A DNA stretch of 48,237 nucleotides from Candidatus Parcubacteria bacterium (GTDB lineage: Bacteria; Patescibacteriota; Minisyncoccia; Phycocordibacterales; UBA6065). Location of the stretch: the NCBI GenBank assembly GCA_039796155.1, contig JBDKKJ010000005.1, positions 1-48,237 of the forward strand, written 5' to 3'. The notes below the pieces were generated by a model that worked only from the letters and a program-made list of their open reading frames with translations, did not search any database and was not told where the DNA came from. Position 1 is the first letter of the stretch, and each line of letters begins with the position of its first letter. Shown here piece after piece: positions 1-9,061 of this stretch. The position numbers and the translations under genes are program-made.

Positions 1-6
1 GATGTC

Positions 7-822
7 ATGGGCAAAAAGCCCGACTCTGCACAAAGTGCTATCGTCTTTTTACCAAAATCAAAAGCACTCATTGATATGACGCTGGCTTTTGTTTCTGGAA
101 TTGTCGTATCAGGCGGAACCATCGTTTTGGCTGGTACTAAAAAGGGTGGCATCGAATCTGCAAAAAAGTGGTACGAGACAAACATCGGACCTGTTGATCA
201 GAAAATCGTTGGAAACCATTCCGCACTCTATGTAGGAAAGAATCAGAAATTAGGAGCGGACAAAAAACTCGAAGACTTCCTTTCGTACTTCCCTGTTACG
301 TTTAAAGATACGACTTTGGAAATCGCAAACCTGCCCGGCGTCTTTTCCGCTAGAGAATTTGATGCGGGAACAAAACTTCTTCTTGAACATATTCCTTTCA
401 ATGCAAAAACTGTTCTCGATGTTGGATGCGGTGGAGGTGTAATTGGATCAATCTATAAAAAACTTTCACCGAGTACTACTGTGACCATGGCTGACATAAG
501 CCAGCTTGCTGTTCGAGCCACACAAGAAACACTTAAGAAAAATAACCTTGAAGCCACTGTTCTTGAATCAAACGTATTTTCAAACATCACAGGTACCTTC
601 GATGTGATTCTCTGTAATCCACCTTTTCATACAGGTATTGAAACTGATTACACATTCATGGAACGATTTGCAGAGGGTGCACGAAAGCACCTTGGGCATG
701 GAGGCACTGTATATATTGTGGCAAACTCATTCCTTTCATACCAACCAACTCTTGAGAAAATTGGTCCAACTGAAATCATTGTTGATAACAACAAATTCAG
801 GGTATTCAAGACAACGGTCTAG
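7..822 (+). CDS. rsmC: Class I SAM-dependent methyltransferase, RsmC (16S rRNA m2G1207)/MTS family; may begin upstream of the window
   Basis: LPGVFS..DAGTKLLL, VLDVGCGGGVIG SAM-binding motif and NPPFH catalytic motif; the frame is open back to base 1. Confidence 0.75.
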   Translation: MGKKPDSAQSAIVFLPKSKALIDMTLAFVSGIVVSGGTIVLAGTKKGGIESAKKWYETNIGPVDQKIVGNHSALYVGKNQKLGADKKLEDFLSYFPVTFKDTTLEIANLPGVFSAREFDAGTKLLLEHIPFNAKTVLDVGCGGGVIGSIYKKLSPSTTVTMADISQLAVRATQETLKKNNLEATVLESNVFSNITGTFDVILCNPPFHTGIETDYTFMERFAEGARKHLGHGGTVYIVANSFLSYQPTLEKIGPTEIIVDNNKFRVFKTTV

Positions 823-829
823 TGAATCT

Positions 830-1450
830 TTAATAAAGACCGGTTATAACTTTAAACAACCACGGAATAACGGGAGTAAAGAACTGCCAGATAAACAGAA
901 GGAAAAGTAGCACGCCAATAAAACCAAAACTTTCTATCTTTGCACGGATGACCATAAACTTCTGAGGCAATACAGCAGAAATTATTTTTGATCCATCGAG
1001 TGGCGGTACAGGAATAAGGTTAAAGATTGCGAGCGTTATATTTACCCACACAATAATCTGACACAGATCCCCCGCTGGACTAGAAGACATTCCTTGTGGA
1101 ATTAAAAAGAAGCGTATGAAAAGACCAAAGATCAGAGCAAGAAGAAAATTTGAAAGCGGACCGGCAACAGCAACAATAGCCTCACCCCATTTACGGTTAC
1201 GGAGATTGTAGGGATTAAAAGGTACCGGCTTTGCCCACCCAAACAAGAGACTTCCCGGTAACATGAGTGATAGGGCCGGCAAAATGATCGTACCCACCAT
1301 GTCTATATGCTTTAGAGGGTTTAACGTAAGTCTTCCCTCGTACTCGGCGGTTTTGTCGCCCAGGTACAACGCAGCGTATCCATGGGCAACTTCGTGTATA
1401 ACAACCGAAAATAGAAGGACTATAAGTGAGAATATGAACTGAAAATCCAT
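830..1450 (-). CDS. Site-2 protease family (M50) membrane metalloprotease
   Basis: HEVAH (HExxH), AGPLSN and FNLIPVPPLDG motifs; several TM segments. Confidence 0.92.
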   Translation of the reverse strand: MDFQFIFSLIVLLFSVVIHEVAHGYAALYLGDKTAEYEGRLTLNPLKHIDMVGTIILPALSLMLPGSLLFGWAKPVPFNPYNLRNRKWGEAIVAVAGPLSNFLLALIFGLFIRFFLIPQGMSSSPAGDLCQIIVWVNITLAIFNLIPVPPLDGSKIISAVLPQKFMVIRAKIESFGFIGVLLFLLFIWQFFTPVIPWLFKVITGLY

Positions 1451-1469
1451 GGTTTTATAGGGTTATGAC

Positions 1470-1497
1470 TTGCCAAATAGCCCATATATGATAGCAT
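1470..1497 (+). promoter_or_regulatory. Putative sigma70 promoter of rpmB
   Basis: TTGCCA (1470-1475), 16 nt spacer, TG-n-TAGCAT extended -10 (1489-1497). Confidence 0.45.
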
Positions 1498-1524
1498 GCT
1501 CCGTACCTCTTATATACCAATTTT

Positions 1525-1767
1525 ATGGCACGAATCTGCCCAATCACAAAGAAAACTTCAATAGTCGGTGGCGGTTACTCAAACGCAACTCGTGCGACTC
1601 AGTATAACCCTACTGGTAAAGTACGACGATATGTAAACCTTCAGAACAAGAAGATCTACATTCCTGAACTTAAGAAATCTATCCGTCTCACTATCTCAAC
1701 TCGAGCTATCAAGACAATCAACAAGAACGGAGCTTACGCAACATTGAAGAAAGCAGGAATCATATAA
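1525..1767 (+). CDS. rpmB: 50S ribosomal protein bL28
   Basis: MARICPITKK start, RRY.NLQ and RLTISTRAIKTINKNG typical of L28. Confidence 0.93.
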   Translation: MARICPITKKTSIVGGGYSNATRATQYNPTGKVRRYVNLQNKKIYIPELKKSIRLTISTRAIKTINKNGAYATLKKAGII

Positions 1768-1774
1768 AACTAAG

Positions 1775-1807
1775 AGACTGTGTCCCGAGGGACACAGTCT
1801 TTTTTTT
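1775..1807 (+). terminator. Intrinsic terminator after rpmB
   Basis: agactgtgtcc-cgag-ggacacagtct hairpin followed by a T run. Confidence 0.85.
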
Positions 1808-1849
1808 ATTGCTTGCAAAGGTTGGAGAAAGTACTAGTATCAGACTCGG

Positions 1850-2371
1850 GTGAACTTAAAACCAATCGTAGCCACCGTCTGCTATCTCTTACGAGAAAAA
1901 GACGGAACCCTTGGAGAAATGGGTTTGGCCTGGAAAGAACCGACGGAAAGCGCACTGAAACTTCGCGTCGCCAACCGTTGGAATGGTTGGGGTGGAAAAG
2001 TAGAGTTGTCTGATTCTTCGATCGAAGCGACAGCTCTCCGTGAGCTTCGCCAAGAAAGTGGGGTCATTGCAACTCTTAAGCAAATCGAGAAAGTTGGCAT
2101 CATCACATATCGCAGGGAGGGTGCCAGAGATTGTATCTGCCACATCTACCTTGCACGTGTGCCTAACGCTGACCCTCGAGCAACACCGGAAATGACAAAG
2201 CCTACATGGTTTCTTGCGGATGAACTTCCCTACGAATCGATGATGGCGAGTGATCTACTTCTCCTGCCCTCGATTGTCGCGGGCAAGAAAGTAACCGGTG
2301 TCATTACTTACGATCAGGAAATGATTGTAATCTTTCCAGAAACAAACATCGAGGTTGTCTCCAACCTCTAA
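1850..2371 (+). CDS. Nudix hydrolase, MutT/MTH1-like (oxidised dNTP sanitiser)
   Basis: RWNGWGGKVE...ALRELRQESG Nudix box and EMTKPTWF..DELPYESM, resembling MTH1-like proteins. Confidence 0.8.
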   Translation: MNLKPIVATVCYLLREKDGTLGEMGLAWKEPTESALKLRVANRWNGWGGKVELSDSSIEATALRELRQESGVIATLKQIEKVGIITYRREGARDCICHIYLARVPNADPRATPEMTKPTWFLADELPYESMMASDLLLLPSIVAGKKVTGVITYDQEMIVIFPETNIEVVSNL

Positions 2372-2399
2372 GCGCGGACCTTACGGTCCGCGCTTTTTT
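2370..2399 (+). terminator. Intrinsic terminator / palindromic repeat copy 1
   Basis: aagcgcggacc-ttac-ggtccgcgctt plus T run; same element occurs inverted at 6577-6609. Confidence 0.8.
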
Positions 2400-2477
2400 A
2401 TTTGACAAAATCCCAAGAAAGTTGAATATGAGGTACAACAACCCTCAACCAATCCCACCCGCTCCTTCTACCAACCC

Positions 2478-2966
2478 ATGAAAAAAGCATTCCTTGCTTC
2501 GTTCTGTTCCCTCACAGCCATTGCCTGTGCGCTCTGGCTGTTTCTTTACACCTTCATCAATGACATGATGCGGGACCCGTTTCGGTCAGAGACAATAGTT
2601 TCTGACTTCAGACTGTTTGGCCCCATGATTGTTTTTGTTTTCTGTTGTCTCGGTTATGTCCGTATTCGGCGAATGATGGATAGAGAAAAAATGACTGAGC
2701 GTTATCTGAAAGAAATCGAACTCAACGAGCTCATGTTTATTGCGCCAAGCGAACTCACTGCACGTGCACTCCTCGACCTACTTCCCGAAGGAAAGCTGAC
2801 AAAAGAGCGCATCAGTGACGAACTCGCAGCAGTGCTCAACGAGCTTCGTTTCAACTACTACCGCTTCAGCAAAAAAGGTGGTCGTAAGGAGCAGATTGCA
2901 CTCTCCATGATCGAACTTCTCGAACGCCTGGATCGTGACATGCCGAGAACAGCTTTCGGAGAATAA
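2478..2966 (+). CDS. Hypothetical membrane protein (2 N-terminal TM helices)
   Basis: 162-aa ORF with two hydrophobic segments, followed by its own terminator. Confidence 0.6.
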   Translation: MKKAFLASFCSLTAIACALWLFLYTFINDMMRDPFRSETIVSDFRLFGPMIVFVFCCLGYVRIRRMMDREKMTERYLKEIELNELMFIAPSELTARALLDLLPEGKLTKERISDELAAVLNELRFNYYRFSKKGGRKEQIALSMIELLERLDRDMPRTAFGE

Positions 2967-2980
2967 TCACGGTCCACATT

Positions 2981-3008
2981 GGTGCCCTTTTCTTAGGGCA
3001 CCTTTTTT
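2981..3008 (+). terminator. Intrinsic terminator
   Basis: ggtgccct-tttctt-agggcacc followed by T6. Confidence 0.7.
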
Positions 3009-3861
3009 ATTGCCGACGTATTTTTACGCCATCCAAAACATAACCAATGGTCCCCTCTTTATCAGTACGCTGTATTTGTATTCCAAACTTATTAAAGATT
3101 TCTACCACCTCTTTATGTGGATGACCGTAGCGATTTGCTTTACCCGAAGAAATGATTGCAACGGCGGGCGCCACCATTTTTACAAACGCTTCACCCGACG
3201 AAGTACGCGAGCCATGATGCCCCGCTTTTAATATATCGCTCTGCAAGCGCCCGCCATCAATCTCAATCAGATGATTTTCAACAACCTTTGGGGAATCACC
3301 TGTAAACATCACAGACGTAGATCCATACACCAACCTTCCCACAACTGACGCTTGATTGGTTTCTAGATGCGAAGGATCGACATCTGGATACAGCACATCA
3401 AAATGTGTGCCGTCGCCAAAATTGATTCTCATACCACGTCGTGCAAATACACGATCGATACTTCTTTCTTTACGAATCCTCCCAATCTCATCATCAATAG
3501 CATTAGGAGAATTAACACCAGGTTCAATAAATAATCCAACATGATATCGAGACAACACTTCGGGCAGTCCACCGATATGGTCAGCATCTGGATGAGTTTC
3601 AAGTACCACGTCTATCGCCTTGTCATACCAAGGCATTACTTCAGACAGCCTCTGTAGAACAACCCTTCCTGGTCCGCCATCAATGAGCATATCTCGACCA
3701 TTCGGAGTTCGTATGTATATTGCATCGCCCTGCCCTACGTCCAAGAAGAATACTCTCAGTGAATCATTACGATCGCCAACATATATAGAACAGACAACAA
3801 AAACGACGCCGAGTAGCGTCGCACACACAATTTTATAGCGGTGATACAAAAACAATCTCAC
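3007..3861 (-). CDS. ComEC/Rec2-type MBL-fold metallo-hydrolase (stand-alone beta-lactamase domain of ComEC)
   Basis: FLDVGQGDA, LIDGGP, THPDADHIGG, FTGD, KAGHHGS and NRYGHPH motifs; N-terminal anchor. Confidence 0.9.
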   Translation of the reverse strand: MRLFLYHRYKIVCATLLGVVFVVCSIYVGDRNDSLRVFFLDVGQGDAIYIRTPNGRDMLIDGGPGRVVLQRLSEVMPWYDKAIDVVLETHPDADHIGGLPEVLSRYHVGLFIEPGVNSPNAIDDEIGRIRKERSIDRVFARRGMRINFGDGTHFDVLYPDVDPSHLETNQASVVGRLVYGSTSVMFTGDSPKVVENHLIEIDGGRLQSDILKAGHHGSRTSSGEAFVKMVAPAVAIISSGKANRYGHPHKEVVEIFNKFGIQIQRTDKEGTIGYVLDGVKIRRQ

Positions 3862-4586
3862 AATAAAAGTTTCTTAAGGGAAGCCTTATACAATTCAACT
3901 AATAGACGATTGCTGTTCTTCTCAATAAATGTATTGAACCCTGGGCGTGTATTTACCTCGAGGAAATAGAACTCACCTGACTCTGACTCAATAAAGTCAA
4001 AAGCGCCCCATGCAATAGTGAGTTTATGTAAGATGACCTCAGACATGGTTTTAACTTTTTCAAAATCGTCTTGTGAAAGCAAACTCCCTGTCGTGCGATC
4101 ATAACCAAGAGCAACAACGTGATTCGAAACAACAACCCGAACCTCACGAATAGGTTTGATATATTCCTGAATAAGTGCCAAATAGTCGTAATGCAGAGAG
4201 CTCTTATTAAAGACACTTGCAAGCGCGGACCGAGCCTCTTCTTTGTTCGTAACCAAATACACATTATCCCCTCTTTCACCCGAATTCATTTTAATAATTC
4301 GAGGATAAAGAATATCTAAAGAAACATCTTTTGATTCTGTCGCATACGTACCCTGTTTATCAAGCACAGAAATAGTTTCTGGCATCGGCACACTACCCTT
4401 AAGTAACGTATAAATAGCCGCCTTGTCCCTACAGAGAGAAGCAATAGAACCATTATTAAAGGGAGTAACAGCGCGAACAAACGCATACCCTTTAACCATT
4501 ACAGCGTCGTAAAAGCCTTTGATTTCAGAAAAATCAGTATTAATCTCATGGAGTGCCTGTCGTACTGCTTCAATATTCTTGTGCAT
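3858..4586 (-). CDS. ATP-grasp domain protein (RimK-like)
   Basis: YPRIIKMNSGERGDNV, LIQEYI, EVRVVV, FDFI and FLEVNTRPG; GTGA overlap with the downstream gene. Confidence 0.8.
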   Translation of the reverse strand: MHKNIEAVRQALHEINTDFSEIKGFYDAVMVKGYAFVRAVTPFNNGSIASLCRDKAAIYTLLKGSVPMPETISVLDKQGTYATESKDVSLDILYPRIIKMNSGERGDNVYLVTNKEEARSALASVFNKSSLHYDYLALIQEYIKPIREVRVVVSNHVVALGYDRTTGSLLSQDDFEKVKTMSEVILHKLTIAWGAFDFIESESGEFYFLEVNTRPGFNTFIEKNSNRLLVELYKASLKKLLL

Positions 4587-4645
4587 AGGAGAAATTATAC
4601 CGACAAAGCGTATAATAGATACATACCCGTAATTCCAAAGTAATA

Positions 4646-5245
4646 ATGAAAAAATTCGAAGAAAAGAAATTTAATATCCCGGCACTCAAGGGAATCTCAG
4701 CAAAAAACATCGAAGAACACCTCAAGCTCTACGCAGGCTATGTAAAACACGCAAACCTTATCCTTGAAAAGATTGCAGAAATGTCTGCAGATGCGGACAA
4801 GAACGCGTATCCTATGGGTGAACTCCAGCGAAGATTTGGATTTGAATTTGACGGCATGCGAAACCACGAATTCTACTTTGCACACCTTGAAGGCGGTGCC
4901 TCAGCACTTGCATCTGATAGTGCATTCACAAAAGCTATTACAGAGGAGTGGGGTTCTTTCGACGCTTGGATTGCCCGGTTCAAAGCAGTAGCCATGACGC
5001 GAGGTGTGGGATGGGCTGTTCTCTATTATGACAAACATACGGATCGCCTTGTGAACGCGTGGATTGATGAGCAGCACCTCGGACACCTCACGGGCATCTC
5101 CCCTGTTTTGATGCTTGATATGTGGGAACATTCATTCGTTGCGGACTACCAACCTTCAGGCAAGAAACAGTATGTAGAGGATTTCTTTGCAAATCTTAAC
5201 TGGCAGACCGTTCTGAAGAATTTTTCTGTCGCCAAAAACGGATAA
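4646..5245 (+). CDS. sod: Fe/Mn superoxide dismutase
   Basis: Metal ligands in EEHLKLY, RNHEFY and DMWEH; GVGWAVL. Confidence 0.92.
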   Translation: MKKFEEKKFNIPALKGISAKNIEEHLKLYAGYVKHANLILEKIAEMSADADKNAYPMGELQRRFGFEFDGMRNHEFYFAHLEGGASALASDSAFTKAITEEWGSFDAWIARFKAVAMTRGVGWAVLYYDKHTDRLVNAWIDEQHLGHLTGISPVLMLDMWEHSFVADYQPSGKKQYVEDFFANLNWQTVLKNFSVAKNG

Positions 5246-6557
5246 GATACAGAACCATACATACGTACGAAAAAATGAGCGCGAAAGCGCTCATTTTTAT
5301 ATGTACTGAAGCAAACGGTAGACCGCCAAAGAATGCGGTCACTTGTATGATGTACGTCAAAACTACTGAAGTCACCGCAGCAAGAGGAAGCGCCAGAATA
5401 TGACTTATAAATCCCACTACAACAGATACAAAGCCACCGAGCATTGCCAAAGGCACTAAAGGAAGAACCAAAAGATTTGGTGCAAGCGAGATAATAGATA
5501 ACTGGCCTGACATGTGAAGTATGAGTGGTGTTGTTAGTATTTGCGTACCAATAGTTGTTGCTATCATTTCACGAAGTTTGAAACGATTTGTAATGAATTG
5601 AATTTTATCTGAAACAACGGGCGCCATGTAAATGAGTGCCAGTGTAGCCAAAAAGGATAACTGAAAAGATGCATCAAATGCGAGAATGTGTGGATTTTCA
5701 AGCGTCATAAAGAATGCAGCAATGATGAGGGCTCTCGTTACATCGTACCGACGTGCTGACGATTTTAGTAAAAGCACAATAAGCGCCATAACAGTAGCCC
5801 TCACAGTAGTAGCTGACGCACCTGTCATAAGTGCAAACAAAATAATAGACGATGCCCCAAGAACTCGTGACAGCAGAGGCGGTAAAAATGAAAATAGTTT
5901 CATAAGCCCTTCAGCCACCACCGTCACGTTTGAACCTGATAATACGAGAATGTGAACAAGTCCCGCATTCCTGAATTGATCTGTAAGTTCTTTTGAAAGA
6001 CCAGATTTCTCCCCTATCAGCACACCTGCAAGTAGTGAGGATTCTGGTTCGGGAAATAAATCTTGCATTGTTTTAGTAAAAGCTGATTTGAGTTTGAAAA
6101 GAACACTTTTAATTTTATTTCCTTTATTCACTCCCGTACTTTTAATGTTAGGACGTTTCAAAATATATCGGATTCCGTCTTTATTAAGGTATGCAACATA
6201 ATCAAACTCTGGACCTCCGTCGTATGACGTAAAGTTTTCAGGCAACTCAATCTTTCCGGATAGCACAAGTTCATCGCCGTATGAGTATTCAGGATATCGA
6301 GAAGCGCTTACAAGAATACGATCTGACGTATCGTATGGTGCAAAGCAAAACTTGAGCGACGTATCTCGGGTTTCTGGCTCTGCACACACAACACCCTTAA
6401 ACACATGTACCTTGCCTACGTGTGCATCAAACGCGTGTAGTGATATGTTTCCCAAATAGCCTTTTGAATCCAGAAGCGACCAGATGAATACAAGTGTGAA
6501 GAAAGTAAGTGTAGCGCTGTAAAAAACTTTGTTATTCACGCCAACCAGTTTATACAC
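5196..6557 (-). CDS. comEC: ComEC/Rec2 competence channel (OB-like DUF4131 plus Competence domain, no fused MBL domain)
   Basis: AGLVHILVLSGSN, RATVMA, SFQLSFLAT and multiple TM helices. Confidence 0.92.
   Translation of the reverse strand: MYKLVGVNNKVFYSATLTFFTLVFIWSLLDSKGYLGNISLHAFDAHVGKVHVFKGVVCAEPETRDTSLKFCFAPYDTSDRILVSASRYPEYSYGDELVLSGKIELPENFTSYDGGPEFDYVAYLNKDGIRYILKRPNIKSTGVNKGNKIKSVLFKLKSAFTKTMQDLFPEPESSLLAGVLIGEKSGLSKELTDQFRNAGLVHILVLSGSNVTVVAEGLMKLFSFLPPLLSRVLGASSIILFALMTGASATTVRATVMALIVLLLKSSARRYDVTRALIIAAFFMTLENPHILAFDASFQLSFLATLALIYMAPVVSDKIQFITNRFKLREMIATTIGTQILTTPLILHMSGQLSIISLAPNLLVLPLVPLAMLGGFVSVVVGFISHILALPLAAVTSVVLTYIIQVTAFFGGLPFASVHIKMSAFALIFSYVCMVLYLIRFWRQKNSSERSAS
5271..5298 (+). 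terminator. Probable sod terminator embedded in the comEC coding sequence
   Basis: aaaaatgagcgc-gaaa-gcgctcattttt, 12-bp stem with GNRA loop. Confidence 0.65.
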
Positions 6558-6576
6558 AACGACATCAACAAAAGAT

Positions 6577-6609
6577 AAAAAGCGCGGACCGTAAGGTCCG
6601 CGCTTTTTT
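6577..6609. terminator. Bidirectional terminator / palindromic repeat copy 2 (after rnhA)
   Basis: aaaaagcgcggacc-gtaa-ggtccgcgctttttt. Confidence 0.8.
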
Positions 6610-6617
6610 ATGCCACT

Positions 6618-7319
6618 CTATACTCCCCACTCTTTCCTTATATCCTGCTCGTCACTCGCGCTTATAGATTTTTTAAACTTTGTACCCCGCACACCTTTTA
6701 CTCGAGCTTCACACTCTGCCCATGTTTTATGAATCTGAAGAACTCCATCCACCAAAGAAAGATATGAATATGCTTTAACTGAAGAAGATGATTTTTTCTT
6801 TTTGGCTTTGGCGCCCGCGAGAGGCGCTGCATCAAGGTCGATAGAGTATTTGTCGCGGGCGCCCGCATACAAATCAATAGTCACCTTATCCGCAAACGAC
6901 GTAGCAATCTCATCACATCTCTCATTCCCTGGATGACCAGCATGACCTTCAACATATTTCCATTCTACGGAAAATCCGCCGGTAAGCGCAGAGAGTTTCT
7001 CCCACAAATCCTTATTCCCCACCTCCTTCTTGCCTGCAGTTATCCAACCATTCTTCTTCCAGCCAAAAACCCATGAAGTAATACCCTGAATAACATATTT
7101 AGAATCACTCTGAACAAGAATCTTTTCAGCCCCAACGCTTTTTGTCTTAAGAAAGGCCAAAGCTTCGATAGCGGCCAAGAGTTCCATTCTGTTGTTAGTT
7201 GTATGATCCTCTCGTCCACCCAATTCAAAAACTTCCTTCTCAGTACGAATAACAGTAGCCCAACCTCCAGGCCCAGGATTTCCACGTGATGATCCGTCAG
7301 TAAATATAGTAATAGACAT
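6618..7319 (-). CDS. rnhA: Ribonuclease HI with C-terminal hybrid-binding (Cauli_VI-like) domain
   Basis: FTDGSSRGNPGPGGW, TTNNRMEL, SDSKYV, NKDLW and GHAGHPGNERCD; C-terminal HKTWAECEARVKG..KFKK. Confidence 0.93.
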   Translation of the reverse strand: MSITIFTDGSSRGNPGPGGWATVIRTEKEVFELGGREDHTTNNRMELLAAIEALAFLKTKSVGAEKILVQSDSKYVIQGITSWVFGWKKNGWITAGKKEVGNKDLWEKLSALTGGFSVEWKYVEGHAGHPGNERCDEIATSFADKVTIDLYAGARDKYSIDLDAAPLAGAKAKKKKSSSSVKAYSYLSLVDGVLQIHKTWAECEARVKGVRGTKFKKSISASDEQDIRKEWGV

Positions 7320-7324
7320 ACGTA

Positions 7325-9028
7325 TTAGAGTACCTCAACTATGCGCAAGCGCAATTCGGGGTAATTCTTAAAGGTAGATTTCTCAAGATGCGCCACAATA
7401 TCCACTTTTGATTTTGCAGTGGCATGTACTGGTAATGAATCTGGTGCCGAAAAAAACTGAATAGCAGAAATCTTGCGATTATTTTTATCTATAAAAGCTA
7501 TCTCCGTATGGTTCTTTTCTTTACCAAAGGCTTTTATCGAATCAATATACGCACCCTTAATTAAGAAGAGTGGTTTTGGATTTCCTGTGCCAAAGGGCGC
7601 CAACTTTTCGACATCTTTATACAGATTCCAAGACACCTCATCGAGTCCAATGTGTGCATCAACAATGCCTGTACGTTCTTCAATCTCTCCACCCAAATCA
7701 TGAGCAGCCTTTTCCAATGATTCTGCCAAAGCATGAATCGATTCATTTGCTACTTCAAATCCACCGGATGCACTGTGTCCCCCGAAAGCCAAAAAAGATT
7801 CAGGAGTCTTTTGCATAATTGAAAGCACGCTCATGGTGCCACCTGATCTACACGACCCCTTTATAATCCCCTCACCATCTCTTCCCCACAGAAATGCCGG
7901 TCTGTTATATTCTTCAGCTAACGTGTTCGCAACCAATCCAAGGAGTGCCGGGCGCCATGATGGATTTCCAAGAACAATCGCTTTCTTGTCACTTATGTCG
8001 CGTTCGGCCAAGACTTTGCGAATCTCCTTAACAAGTGACGCTACAGTTCCCTTTCGTTCATTGTTTACACCTTCAAGAGTATCAGCATATACACCTGCAA
8101 GAGCTTCGTCATCAGTAGAAAGAAGATTAAATGCAGCCAAAGGTTCTCCGATACGTGATGCTGCATTAATACGCGGAGTAATAGTGAAACCAATATCGTC
8201 TTCACTCAAATGTTCACGATTTACTCGAAGCTTTAAAAAAAGCTGTGACAAACCTGGTCGTGATGTCTTTTTTAACACTTTTAAACCATACACCGCAAAT
8301 ACTCTATTCTCCCCAGTCAGAGGCACCATGTCAGAAAGCGTTGCGATTCCTACCATATCCAAAAACCATTTCTCCCATCCTGGCTTTACATTAAACTCGG
8401 CACCGTACTTTTTATAAAATGCCTGAACAAATTTAAATATCACACCTGAACCACAAAGCATTTTTTCTGGATACATACAGCCTTCCACTTTTGGGTTCAA
8501 AATTGCATATGCGGGTGGCAATACTTCATGAGGCATATGGTGATCCGTCACAATTACGTCGATTCCGAGTGACTGTGCATATGCAACCTCCTCTGCATCC
8601 GCTATCCCACAATCAATTGTTATAAGAAGTTTTGCTCCTTTTGCTTTAGCTTTATCGATGGCCTGTTTACTCAAACCAAATCCCTCATCGTGACGGTGAG
8701 GAATATATACTTCGAAATTCTTATACCCCAGCTTGCGGAGTGCGTCATATAAAATTACACCCCCAGGGATTCCATCAGCATCATAGTCAGTAAAGATGGT
8801 GACAAACTCATTATTTTTTATCGCTTCATGCACTCTTTCAACCACCTTATCCATGTCTTTCATTAAAAAGGGATTGTGTGTGTGCAAATCGTAGTCAGGT
8901 AAAAGAAAGTCCTGCGCCCCCTTCAGAGTCCCCACCCCACGACCAAGCAACAGAGAGGAAACCGTGTCAGAGAAAGCGGAAAATTCAGCAGGTCGTGTCA
9001 GTCCGGAGTCTCGCAGAGAGTATTTCAT
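7325..9028 (-). CDS. recJ: Single-stranded DNA-specific exonuclease RecJ
   Basis: DYDADG, ITIDCGI, TDHH, PRINAASR, GSCRS, GGH and APFGTGNP; start set at ATG 9028, 7 nt downstream of an extended -10. Confidence 0.96.
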   Translation of the reverse strand: MKYSLRDSGLTRPAEFSAFSDTVSSLLLGRGVGTLKGAQDFLLPDYDLHTHNPFLMKDMDKVVERVHEAIKNNEFVTIFTDYDADGIPGGVILYDALRKLGYKNFEVYIPHRHDEGFGLSKQAIDKAKAKGAKLLITIDCGIADAEEVAYAQSLGIDVIVTDHHMPHEVLPPAYAILNPKVEGCMYPEKMLCGSGVIFKFVQAFYKKYGAEFNVKPGWEKWFLDMVGIATLSDMVPLTGENRVFAVYGLKVLKKTSRPGLSQLFLKLRVNREHLSEDDIGFTITPRINAASRIGEPLAAFNLLSTDDEALAGVYADTLEGVNNERKGTVASLVKEIRKVLAERDISDKKAIVLGNPSWRPALLGLVANTLAEEYNRPAFLWGRDGEGIIKGSCRSGGTMSVLSIMQKTPESFLAFGGHSASGGFEVANESIHALAESLEKAAHDLGGEIEERTGIVDAHIGLDEVSWNLYKDVEKLAPFGTGNPKPLFLIKGAYIDSIKAFGKEKNHTEIAFIDKNNRKISAIQFFSAPDSLPVHATAKSKVDIVAHLEKSTFKNYPELRLRIVEVL

Positions 9029-9061
9029 AGACGCCATTCTACCACGTGCTATTATTTTCTT

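Noticed and set aside
7833-8417. Long antisense ORFs (7833-8417, 10623-11153, 23600-24109, 46662-47159 and similar)
   Set aside because: They lie opposite well-supported genes and have no recognisable motifs; treated as shadow ORFs.
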